Assembly (NCBI GenBank): GCA_963768615.1
Contig: CAVYIE010000007.1
Location: 653,181 to 717,180 of the forward strand
Source: Candidatus Eiseniibacteriota bacterium
Lineage (GTDB): Bacteria; Eisenbacteria; RBG-16-71-46; JABDJR01
Length of the DNA: 64,000 nucleotides
Direction of reading: 5' to 3'
The position numbers and the translations under genes were made by a program. Below the pieces are notes generated by a model. It did no database searches. It was given only the letters and a program-made list of their open reading frames with translations, and was not told the DNA's origin. Below, piece after piece: positions 56,720 to 64,000 of this stretch (positions within the stretch are counted from its first letter, which is position 1; each line of letters begins with the position of its first letter).

Positions 56720-57423
56720 GCGCCATCCCCTACCGCGCGGTCGGCCTCGGCCTCGACGGCGTTCAGGGCCGCCTCCAGGCGCTTCCGCCACGGTTCCAGG
56801 TCGGAGGCCGGCGGCACCTCGATCGGGTCCCCGTAGACCAGGGCCCCCCGCGCCCCGGGCCGGGGCACCTGGAACCGGTCCCAGGAGCCGAAGGTCCAGG
56901 CCGGCCGGGCGGCCGCGCCCAGGGGCACCAGCGGCCGGCCGGTGCGCGCGGCCAGGAGCACCGCCCCCATCTGGGCCACGTGGCGGGGCCCCCGGGGACC
57001 ATCGGGGGTGAGGGCGGCCGAGACCCCCTCGGTGAGGAGCGCTTCCAGGGCCACCAGGCCCTCCCGCCCTCCCCGGCTGGAGGAGCCTCGCACCGCCCGG
57101 TAGCCCATCCGCTCGGCGGCTCGGGCGATGATCTCGCCGTCCTCGGAGAGGCTGACCAGGACCGCGGTGCCGGGCCGGCCGGCCCGGGCTGCGGCCAGCC
57201 AGAAGCGGCCATGCCAGAAGGCGTAAATCACAGCTCCGCTTTTTTTTAACGCGGCTTCTTCACGTTCACGGTGAAGGTATCGGACCCGGGTCAGCCGGCC
57301 CGAGAGCCGGAGCAGGGTGGCTCCCGCCGCCGCCCCCGCCCGGCGCAGGAGCTTCCGGCCCGGGCGCGGGCGGGCACGGGACCCGGATTCGCGAGCGGAG
57401 GCCGGAGCCGGGGCGGGGCTCAC
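56716..57423 (-). CDS. DUF374 lysophospholipid-acyltransferase-like protein (lipid A/Kdo cluster associated)
   Basis: GTG at 57423 ...LLRRAGAAAGATLLRLSGRLTRVRYLHREREEAALKKSGAVIYAFWHGRFWLAAARAG...ALTPDGPRGPRH. The upstream part of ORF 56716..57819 is an artefact. Confidence 0.7.
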   Translation of the reverse strand: MSPAPAPASARESGSRARPRPGRKLLRRAGAAAGATLLRLSGRLTRVRYLHREREEAALKKSGAVIYAFWHGRFWLAAARAGRPGTAVLVSLSEDGEIIARAAERMGYRAVRGSSSRGGREGLVALEALLTEGVSAALTPDGPRGPRHVAQMGAVLLAARTGRPLVPLGAAARPAWTFGSWDRFQVPRPGARGALVYGDPIEVPPASDLEPWRKRLEAALNAVEAEADRAVGDGA

Positions 57424-58553
57424 GGGGCCGCCTCCACCCCCAGGATCCGGAGGATCTCCTCCGCGGCCCGGGAGGCCGCCCCACCACCCCCCAGCCGCTC
57501 CCGGAGAGGGGCCAGAAAGGCCTTCTGCTCTCGCCTCTCGGCGGGGTCGAAGAGGAGCCTCCGCGCCGTCGCCGCCACCGCCGCCGGGGTCAGGGCGTCC
57601 TGGAGCAGCTCGGGCACCCGGGAGCCGCCCCCGGCGATGTTGACCAGGCCCACGGTGCGGATCCGGACCAGGGCCCGGGCCAGGTGCCAGTTCAAGGGCG
57701 CAGTGCGGTAGACCACGGCCAGGGGCGTGCCCTGGAGCCCGGTCTCCAGGGTGGCGGTGCCGCTGGCCACCAGGGCGGCGTCGGCGGCCCGGGCCAGGGC
57801 GGGGCCCGCACCCGGCCACAAGGGCATCCCCGCCTCCAGGGCGGGGCGGTAGTGCGACTCCGGCACCCCCGGCGCCCGACTCACCGCTACCCGCACCCCC
57901 TCCCCGGCCAGGGCGGCCGCCCCCGCGGCCAGGGGGGGCAGGATGCGGCGCACCTCCTGGGACCGGCTCCCCGGCAACAGGGCGAGGAGCGGAGCGTCCT
58001 CCGGCACGGCCAGTCTCGATCGCACCGCCTGGGGGGAGGCGAGCTCCCGCTCCTCGTCCAGGAGCGGGTGCCCCACGAACCGGGCGTCGATGCCCGCCTC
58101 GCGGAAGAGGGGTTCCTCGAAGGGGAAGACGACGAGGAGATGGTCCACCGCACGGCCGATGCCCGGCCGGCGCTCCCGCCGCCAGGCCCAGACCTGGGGG
58201 GCGATATAGTAGATCACCCGGAAGCCGCGGGCCCGGGCCCGCCGGGCCAGGCGGAGGTTGAAGCCGGGATAATCCACCGGGATCACCGCGTGGGGACGGA
58301 ACCGCTCCAGGGCCTCGGTGGCGCGGTGCATGAGGCGGCGGAAGTAGGGCAGGCGCTGGAGGACCTCGGCGAAACCGAGCACCGAGAGGTCCTCGACCCG
58401 GGCCAGGAGCTCCGCCCCCTCGGCGGCCAGCTCGTCACCGCCGAGGCCCAGGACCTCCACCGGTCCCGCCCGGCGCTTGAGCTCGCGCACCACCGCCGCC
58501 GCGTGGCGGTCCCCCGAGGTCTCCCCCGCGGAGACGAACAGCCGGAGGCTCAT
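57420..58553 (-). CDS. lpxB: Lipid-A-disaccharide synthase
   Basis: 377 aa MSLRLFVSAGETSGDRHAAAVVRELKRR...VIYYIAPQVWAWRRERRPGIGRAVDHLLVVFPFEEPLF. Confidence 0.95.
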   Translation of the reverse strand: MSLRLFVSAGETSGDRHAAAVVRELKRRAGPVEVLGLGGDELAAEGAELLARVEDLSVLGFAEVLQRLPYFRRLMHRATEALERFRPHAVIPVDYPGFNLRLARRARARGFRVIYYIAPQVWAWRRERRPGIGRAVDHLLVVFPFEEPLFREAGIDARFVGHPLLDEERELASPQAVRSRLAVPEDAPLLALLPGSRSQEVRRILPPLAAGAAALAGEGVRVAVSRAPGVPESHYRPALEAGMPLWPGAGPALARAADAALVASGTATLETGLQGTPLAVVYRTAPLNWHLARALVRIRTVGLVNIAGGGSRVPELLQDALTPAAVAATARRLLFDPAERREQKAFLAPLRERLGGGGAASRAAEEILRILGVEAAP

Positions 58554-59542
58554 CAGCGCCTCCCCAGGTGCGCGGCGACCGCCTCCTCCACCGCCACCAT
58601 GGCGCGCAGGGTCCGGAGCGCCTGCTCCCCGCTCACCCCCTCCCCCGGTTCCCCGGTCACGGCGCGGTGGAAGGCGGCGTGTTCGGCGGTGAGGGGGTCC
58701 TCCCCCTCCGGGCCCTCGGTGCGGGATTCCAGGAAGCTCAGCATCTCCACCGCCCCCCCGGTGCGGAAGGCCTCGCGGAGGAGGTCCTCGCGCCCCTCCT
58801 TGAGCCGGTAGACCCGCCCGGTGCGGGCGGCGCAGTCGGCGGAGACGTAGGCCCCGGGAAGGAACATGCGGAACTTGCGCACCCGTTCCAGGGAGACCCG
58901 GCTCGCGGTGAGATTGGCCACCGCGCCTCCGGGGAAGCGGAGCCGGGCGTTGGCGATGTCCACCCGGTCGGTGAGCACGGCCACCCCGGCCGCCTCCACC
59001 GACTCCGGCTCCTCGCCCACGAAGGCGATGGCCAGGTCCAGGTCGTGGACCATGAGGTCCTGGACGACGTCGAGGTCCAGGTTGCGGGGCACCAGGGGGG
59101 CCAGGCGGTGGCTCTCCACGAAGAGCGGGGCCGGGAGCCGGCCGAACAGGTTCCGGAGCGCGGGATTGAAGCGCTCCACGTGGCCGACCTGGAGGACCAG
59201 GCCGCGGTCCCGGGCCTTGGCCACCAGGACCTCGGCGTCCGCGGGCCGGCCGGTGAGGGGCTTCTCGACCAGGACCGGCTTCCCCGCGTCCAGCGCCGCC
59301 TCCGCGGCGATCCGGTGGGCGGAGGTGCTGGTGGCCACCACCGCGGCGTCGGCCCCGGCCAGGGCCTCGGCCAGGCCCAGGGCCCGGCACCCGAAGCGTT
59401 CCGCCGCCGCCCGGGCCCGTTCGGGGTCGCGATCGTGGACCGCGGTGAGGGTGAACCGGTCGGAGCCGGCCAGCTTCTCCGCGTGGCGGGTGCCGAGGTA
59501 TCCCACTCCGAGCACGGCCACCCGGAGACGCCCGTCGCTCAC
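58553..59542 (-). CDS. Gfo/Idh/MocA-family NAD-dependent oxidoreductase (GnnA-like UDP-GlcNAc 3-dehydrogenase candidate)
   Basis: 329 aa LRVAVLGVGYLGTRHAEKLAGSDRFTLTAVHDRDPERARAAAERFG...KPVLVEKPLTGRPADAEVLV...GHVERFNPA. Lies between lpxB and lpxA. Confidence 0.85.
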   Translation of the reverse strand: MSDGRLRVAVLGVGYLGTRHAEKLAGSDRFTLTAVHDRDPERARAAAERFGCRALGLAEALAGADAAVVATSTSAHRIAAEAALDAGKPVLVEKPLTGRPADAEVLVAKARDRGLVLQVGHVERFNPALRNLFGRLPAPLFVESHRLAPLVPRNLDLDVVQDLMVHDLDLAIAFVGEEPESVEAAGVAVLTDRVDIANARLRFPGGAVANLTASRVSLERVRKFRMFLPGAYVSADCAARTGRVYRLKEGREDLLREAFRTGGAVEMLSFLESRTEGPEGEDPLTAEHAAFHRAVTGEPGEGVSGEQALRTLRAMVAVEEAVAAHLGRR

Positions 59543-60312
59543 CGGGTCACGCCCCGCTCCGAGGTGAGCACGAAGTCCATCAGGATTCGCACCTCGGGCA
59601 GGAGGGGCACCTCCTCGCGCACCCGGGCGGCCGCGTCGGCGACCCCGAGCTTGCTGCGGAAGAAGATCCGGTAGGCCTGCTTGAGCGCGGCCAGGGTCTC
59701 GGGGGTGAAACCCCGGCGGGCCAGCCCCACCGCGTTCAGCCCGAAGGCCTCCGGCGGATTGCCCGCGACCTTGACGTAGGGAGCCACGTCCTGGGGGATG
59801 CGTGAGCCGCCCCCGACGAAGGCGTGGGCGCCGATGCGCACGAACTGGTGGACCGGGGTGACCCCGCCGATGATGGCGTAGTCCCCCACGGTGACGTGGC
59901 CGGCCAGGTTGACCGCGTTGGCCATGATCACGAAGTCCCCCAGGACACAGTTGTGGGCCACGTGGGAGTAGGCCATGAGGAGGCAGTCGGAGCCGACCAC
60001 GGTGGCCTGCCCCTCGGCGGTGGCCGGGTTCAGGGTGGCGAACTCGCGGATCACGGTGCGGTCCCCGATCCGGAGCAAGCTCCGTTCCCCCCGGTATTTC
60101 AGGTCCTGGGGAGGGGTCCCCACCACCGCGTGGGGAAAGACGCGGCAGTCCCGTCCGATCTCGGTGTACCCGTCGAGGTAGGCGTGGGCGCCCACGGTGG
60201 AGCCGGCTCCGATCCGGACGTTGGGCCCGATGATGGCGTAGGGGCCGACCTCGACGTCGGCGGCCAGCTCCGCCCGGTGATCCACCACCGCGGTCGCGGC
60301 GATCTCTGCCAT
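59539..60312 (-). CDS. lpxA: Acyl-ACP--UDP-N-acetylglucosamine O-acyltransferase
   Basis: 257 aa with left-handed beta-helix hexapeptide repeats ...IGPNVRIGAGSTVGAHAYL...MAYSHVAHNCVLGDFVIMANAVNLAGHVTVGDYAIIGG. Confidence 0.95.
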   Translation of the reverse strand: MAEIAATAVVDHRAELAADVEVGPYAIIGPNVRIGAGSTVGAHAYLDGYTEIGRDCRVFPHAVVGTPPQDLKYRGERSLLRIGDRTVIREFATLNPATAEGQATVVGSDCLLMAYSHVAHNCVLGDFVIMANAVNLAGHVTVGDYAIIGGVTPVHQFVRIGAHAFVGGGSRIPQDVAPYVKVAGNPPEAFGLNAVGLARRGFTPETLAALKQAYRIFFRSKLGVADAAARVREEVPLLPEVRILMDFVLTSERGVTR

Positions 60313-60322
60313 GTCTTCCTCC

Positions 60323-61645
60323 TCAGCGGTCCACGACGGTGGAGAGCAGCTCCGCCTCGGCCACCAGGTGGCCGTCCACGTAGGCCTTTCCGGACATCTT
60401 GCAGATCCGGCCCTTGAGTTTGCGCATTTCCAGCTCGAAGCGGAGCTGGTCGCCGGGGCGGACGGGGCGCCGGAACTTGGCCCCGTCGATGCCCATGAAG
60501 TAGACCAGCTTCTCGCGGGGCCGTTCCACCTTGTTGAGGAGGAGCACGCCCCCGGTCTGGGCCATGGCCTCGATGATCAGCACCGCGGGCATGATCGGGT
60601 GGCCGGGGAAATGGCCCATGAAGAAGGGTTCGTTCAGGGTGACGTTCTTGATCCCCACCACCCGGTCGTCGGTGAGTTCCAGGATCCGGTCCACCAGGAG
60701 CAGCGGATAGCGGTGGGGCATGATCTGGGAGATGGCCTCCACGTCCCAGAAGTGATCCTTGCCGTCGGGAAGCGGCGGCAGGTCGAAGCCGGTGGCCCGG
60801 CGCTCCGCCTCGGCCAGCGACTTCACGAACTCCACGTGGCTCTCGTGGCCCGAGCGCCAGGCCATCACGTGCCCCCGGAGGGGACGGCCGAGCAGGGTCA
60901 GGTCACCGAGAAGATCCAGCACCTTGTGGCGCACGAACTCGTCCCGCCAGCGGAGCCCCTCGGTGTTGGCCACCCCGTCGTCGTTGACCACCACCGCGTT
61001 GTCCAGGGTGCCCCCGCGGATCATCCCCGCCTGGCGGAGGAGCTCCACGTCGCGCCGGAGCACGAAAGTCCGGGCGGGAGCGATCTCGGACACGAAGGTC
61101 TCGGGGACGATCTCGAAGGTGGCGTACTGGGTGCCGATGGTGGCGTTGTCGTACTGGATGGTGAAGGAGACGCGGAGCCCGTCGTGGGGAAGGCCCAGGA
61201 GCTCCGCGCCCCGGTGCTGGAATCTCACCGGGTGGGGGATCTCGAAGTACCGCCGCTCGGCCTCCTGGGAGACCACCCCCGCGTCCCGGAACATCTCCAC
61301 GTAGAGGGCGGCGCTGCCGTCCCCCGGCTCCCCGGGCTCGCGGGCGTCGAGCTCGATCCGCAGGTTGTCGAGCCCCACCCCGGTCACCGCGGCCAGGAGG
61401 TGCTCCACGGTGTGGACCTCGGCCGATCCCGAGCGGAGGATGGTGCGGCGACCCTGTTCGGCGTCGTACACCGCGTTCCCCGGGGCCACCCGGACCTCCG
61501 GCTGGCCGGGAAGGTCGGTGCGCACGAAGCTGATCCCGCTTCCCGGAGGGGCGGGGAGGAAGGTGACCCGGCAGGATTCCCCGGTGTGGAGCCCGACCCC
61601 CTCGTAGGAGATCTCGCCGCCGAGGGTGGTCTGTCGGTCGTTCAC
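60323..61645 (-). CDS. lpxC/fabZ: Bifunctional UDP-3-O-acyl-GlcNAc deacetylase / (3R)-hydroxyacyl-ACP dehydratase (LpxC-FabZ fusion)
   Basis: 440 aa. The N-terminal 280 aa is LpxC (...[18 protein letters not shown]...[14 protein letters not shown]...). The C-terminal 150 aa is FabZ (...[15 protein letters not shown]...[20 protein letters not shown]). Confidence 0.9.
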   Translation of the reverse strand: MNDRQTTLGGEISYEGVGLHTGESCRVTFLPAPPGSGISFVRTDLPGQPEVRVAPGNAVYDAEQGRRTILRSGSAEVHTVEHLLAAVTGVGLDNLRIELDAREPGEPGDGSAALYVEMFRDAGVVSQEAERRYFEIPHPVRFQHRGAELLGLPHDGLRVSFTIQYDNATIGTQYATFEIVPETFVSEIAPARTFVLRRDVELLRQAGMIRGGTLDNAVVVNDDGVANTEGLRWRDEFVRHKVLDLLGDLTLLGRPLRGHVMAWRSGHESHVEFVKSLAEAERRATGFDLPPLPDGKDHFWDVEAISQIMPHRYPLLLVDRILELTDDRVVGIKNVTLNEPFFMGHFPGHPIMPAVLIIEAMAQTGGVLLLNKVERPREKLVYFMGIDGAKFRRPVRPGDQLRFELEMRKLKGRICKMSGKAYVDGHLVAEAELLSTVVDR

Positions 61646-62736
61646 AGGAAGTTTTCCTTCTCCCCCTGCCGGGGGCCCTCTCCCGGGGAGGCATCGGAGG
61701 CGCCGTCCGGTCCCGCTTCCAGGCGGCGGAGGCGGGCCTCCAGGTCCTTGATCTGCCGGTGGAGGTCCGGAAGCCTCCGGTTCAGTGCGTTCAGCCGCCG
61801 CGCGCGGTCGTGCTGCATGGCCGGATACCCCGAGACCCGGGTGTCGGGGGGAACCGACTTGGTCACCCCGGCCTGGGCGCCGACCACGGCCCGGTCCCCG
61901 ATCCTGATGTGGCCGGCCAGCCCGGCCTGGCCGGCCAGGGTCACGTCCCGGCCCACCTGGGTGGATCCCGAGATGCCCACCTGGGCCACCACCAGACTGT
62001 GCTCCCCGATGACCACGTTATGGGCCACGTGGACCAGGTTGTCGATCTTCACCCCCCGGCCGATGCGGGTGACCCCCATGGTCGCCCGGTCCACGGCCAC
62101 GTTGGCGCCGATCTCCACGTCGTCCTCCACCACCACCGTGCCCACCTGGGGGATCTTCTCGTGGACCCCCTCGACGCGAGCGTAGCCGAATCCGTCCGAT
62201 CCCAGCACCGTCCCGGAGTGGATCGTCACCCGGCGGCCCAGGGTCACCTTCTCGCGCACGGTGACGTTGGGATAGAGGTAGCAGCCTTCGCCCAGGACCG
62301 CTTCCCGGCCCACGAAGACCCCGGGACAGAGCACGGTGCCGTCCCCCAGCTCGGCCCCGGCCTCCACCACGCACAAGGGGCCGATCGAGACCCCCCGGCC
62401 CAGGCGGGCTTCGGGATCGACCACCGCGGTGGGGTGGACCCCGGCCGGCCGGACCCGGTCCTCGGCGCTGTAGAGCCGTAGGACCTGGACGAAGCCGTGG
62501 TAGGGCTCGGGAACCCGGAGCAGGGCCGCCCGCACCGGGCCCGGGTAGTCCCGGGGAACGATCACCGCCGCCGCCCGGGTGCCCGGCACCTCGGAGGCGT
62601 ACTTGGGGTTGGCGAAGAAGGTGATCTGGCCGGGACCGGCCTCGCTCAGCCCGGCCACGCCGGTGATGCGGATCTCGGGATCCCCGTCCAGCTCCGCCCC
62701 CAGGCGGCGGGCGATCTCTCCTAGCTTGAGGTCCAT
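61642..62736 (-). CDS. lpxD: UDP-3-O-(3-hydroxyacyl)glucosamine N-acyltransferase
   Basis: 364 aa with hexapeptide repeats ...[15 protein letters not shown]...[51 protein letters not shown]. Confidence 0.95.
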   Translation of the reverse strand: MDLKLGEIARRLGAELDGDPEIRITGVAGLSEAGPGQITFFANPKYASEVPGTRAAAVIVPRDYPGPVRAALLRVPEPYHGFVQVLRLYSAEDRVRPAGVHPTAVVDPEARLGRGVSIGPLCVVEAGAELGDGTVLCPGVFVGREAVLGEGCYLYPNVTVREKVTLGRRVTIHSGTVLGSDGFGYARVEGVHEKIPQVGTVVVEDDVEIGANVAVDRATMGVTRIGRGVKIDNLVHVAHNVVIGEHSLVVAQVGISGSTQVGRDVTLAGQAGLAGHIRIGDRAVVGAQAGVTKSVPPDTRVSGYPAMQHDRARRLNALNRRLPDLHRQIKDLEARLRRLEAGPDGASDASPGEGPRQGEKENFL

Positions 62737-62815
62737 GCGTCGTCCTTGGCCGAGAACAAGGGGACCCGGCCCGGGCCGCGCACCCCCCTTGATGATTCGC
62801 CGCCGGGCGCCCGGG

Positions 62816-63406
62816 TCAGTTCTGACCCTGGGGCTGCGTTCCCGGCTGGGGCTGGGTTCCCGCCGGGACGGGCTGATCCTCGTTCAGGATGGCCAGTACC
62901 CGGTCGGTGAGATCGAAAGCGTCGTTGGCGTAGACCACGTTGCCGTCGGTGGCGTCGAAGATGATCGAGTAGCCTTCGCTCTGGCCGATGTTGGTCAGGA
63001 CCTCGCGGATCTTGTCCACGATGGGCCGGGTGAGCTCCTCGTTCCTCTTGGATACCTTCCCCGTCGGGCCCCAGATCTCCTGGGTGAAGGCGTCCAGTTC
63101 GCTGCGCTTCTTCTGGATCTCCTCTTCCCGTTCCCGCCGCTTGGGCTCGCTCAGGATCAGAGACTGGTTCTCGTAATCCTGCTGCATCTTCTGGAGCTCC
63201 TGCTTCTTGGCGTCCAGCTCCTTGTTCCACTGTTCGACCTGGCTGTTGAACTCGGCCTGGGCGTCCTTGGTGCCGTGGAATTCGGCGAAGATGCGCTCCG
63301 AGTCGATGAAACCCAGCTTCAAATCGGCAGCCCTCGCCGGAACGGCGGGAAATACTAGCAAGAACACGGCCAGAAAGATAGCTCCGTGAACGATGCGACG
63401 AAGCAC
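62816..63406 (-). CDS. skp: Periplasmic chaperone Skp (OmpH)
   Basis: GTG at 63406 after GAGGAGGAGG. Signal peptide VLRRIVHGAIFLAVFLLVFPAVPARA, then a coiled-coil OmpH domain (KLGFIDSERIFAEF...QQDYENQS...) and a Q/P-rich tail. Confidence 0.85.
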   Translation of the reverse strand: MLRRIVHGAIFLAVFLLVFPAVPARAADLKLGFIDSERIFAEFHGTKDAQAEFNSQVEQWNKELDAKKQELQKMQQDYENQSLILSEPKRREREEEIQKKRSELDAFTQEIWGPTGKVSKRNEELTRPIVDKIREVLTNIGQSEGYSIIFDATDGNVVYANDAFDLTDRVLAILNEDQPVPAGTQPQPGTQPQGQN

Positions 63407-63528
63407 GTTCCTCCTCCTCTCGACGCGCGGGGACCGGACGGTCCGCCGCGGATGACTGGAATGCCCGAACCGGAGGGGCCCCCTACCCCGGGCCCGCGGG
63501 GCGGGACCGGGCCGGGAGCGGCCGGGGG

Positions 63529-64000
63529 TCAGAAGATCCGCCCGAACTGGATGTGCGGCTGCCACCCCCCCCGATCGTACCGCCCGGTGGTGCGATCCAG
63601 GCGATCGAACCCGTAACCGTAGTCGAACCCGATCAGACCCAGCAGGGGCACCTCCATGCGCAACCCGAAGCCCACGCTCTTGTGAATGCTGTCCCAGCGG
63701 AAGTCCGAGACCTCGTTCCAGGTCCCCCCCCAGTCGGTGAACAGCAGCCCGTGCAGGGGGTCGGCGATCGGGAACTGCCACTCCAGGGTGAACGCGGCCA
63801 TGTACCGCCCGCCGGGGTAGTAGATGGCCGAGGAGCTCACGCTGTAGGTGGTGTCGGCGACCACGCTGCTGTCGGCCAGGACCCGCTGTTCCACCGAGCG
63901 CTGGACCACGAACCGCCGGCTCACGTTGTCCTGGGGCACGATCTCGTAGTCGTCGTAGCCGCGGAGGGCGTCGATGGTGGTGCCGCCCATCCGGAAGAGC
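63529..64000 (-). CDS. bamA: Outer membrane protein assembly factor BamA (3' end only; gene continues beyond window)
   Basis: C-terminal beta-barrel strands ...GGRYMAAFTLEWQFPIADPLHGLLFTDWGGTWN...LRMEVPLLGLIGFDYGYGF... ending with the aromatic-rich C-terminal signature HIQFGRIF. The listed ORF start (M at 63990) is internal. Confidence 0.9.
   Translation of the reverse strand, partial: LFRMGGTTIDALRGYDDYEIVPQDNVSRRFVVQRSVEQRVLADSSVVADTTYSVSSSAIYYPGGRYMAAFTLEWQFPIADPLHGLLFTDWGGTWNEVSDFRWDSIHKSVGFGLRMEVPLLGLIGFDYGYGFDRLDRTTGRYDRGGWQPHIQFGRIF

Noticed and set aside
57236-57248. T8/A8 homopolymer inside the DUF374 gene as a possible frameshift site
   Set aside because: Translation across it (…EEAALKKSGAVIYAFWHG…) is continuous and matches the family, so no frameshift is present here.

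Overview
The window is 64 kb of about 72% GC chromosomal DNA from a diderm, LPS-producing bacterium. The lineage is uncertain; gene content would fit a high-GC Myxococcota- or Gemmatimonadota-like organism.

Gene layout: about 60 genes, nearly all on the minus strand and arranged in classical housekeeping blocks.
- xseA (partial), a YmdB-like phosphoesterase, zapB-like/zapA followed by a candidate 6S RNA, and pheT.
- pheS-rplT-rpmI-infC-thrS.
- tRNA-Val, tRNA-Arg, two tRNA-Pro and tRNA-Gly.
- sigma factor, acyP, surE-pcm, gpsA-plsY-der, miaA-mutL, lon, hsp20 and nadB.
- A near-complete lipid A/Kdo block: lpxK-waaA-DUF374-lpxB-oxidoreductase-lpxA-lpxC::fabZ-lpxD-skp-bamA (partial).

Accessory glycan island: the plus-strand genes form this island at about 14.3-27 kb. 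It contains:
- a Wzx-like flippase;
- a GT4 glycosyltransferase;
- a large polytopic putative GT-C-type membrane protein;
- a divergent GT87/DUF2029 membrane protein;
- gmd-fcl (GDP-L-fucose synthesis);
- a DPM1-like GT2;
- a group II PLP decarboxylase.
A second, paralogous GT4 plus polytopic-membrane-protein pair is inserted on the opposite strand between pheS and pheT, splitting the normally contiguous pheST operon.

Other notable genes: a roughly 1,290-aa CheB-CheR-PAS-histidine kinase-receiver fusion; a zinc-ribbon protein with a 60-residue poly-D/E tail lying between two tRNAs; a GnnA-like Gfo/Idh/MocA oxidoreductase inside the lpx cluster; and Lon with a Lys-rich tail.

Sequence quality: at least five apparent frameshifts were found (thrS, the decarboxylase, and three in the CheBR kinase), mostly at homopolymer runs. 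This suggests either indel errors in the assembly or, for the kinase, gene decay.

No CRISPR array, transposase or integrase was seen. Many long Pro/Gly/Arg-rich ORFs in the six-frame track are antisense artefacts of the high GC content and were ignored.
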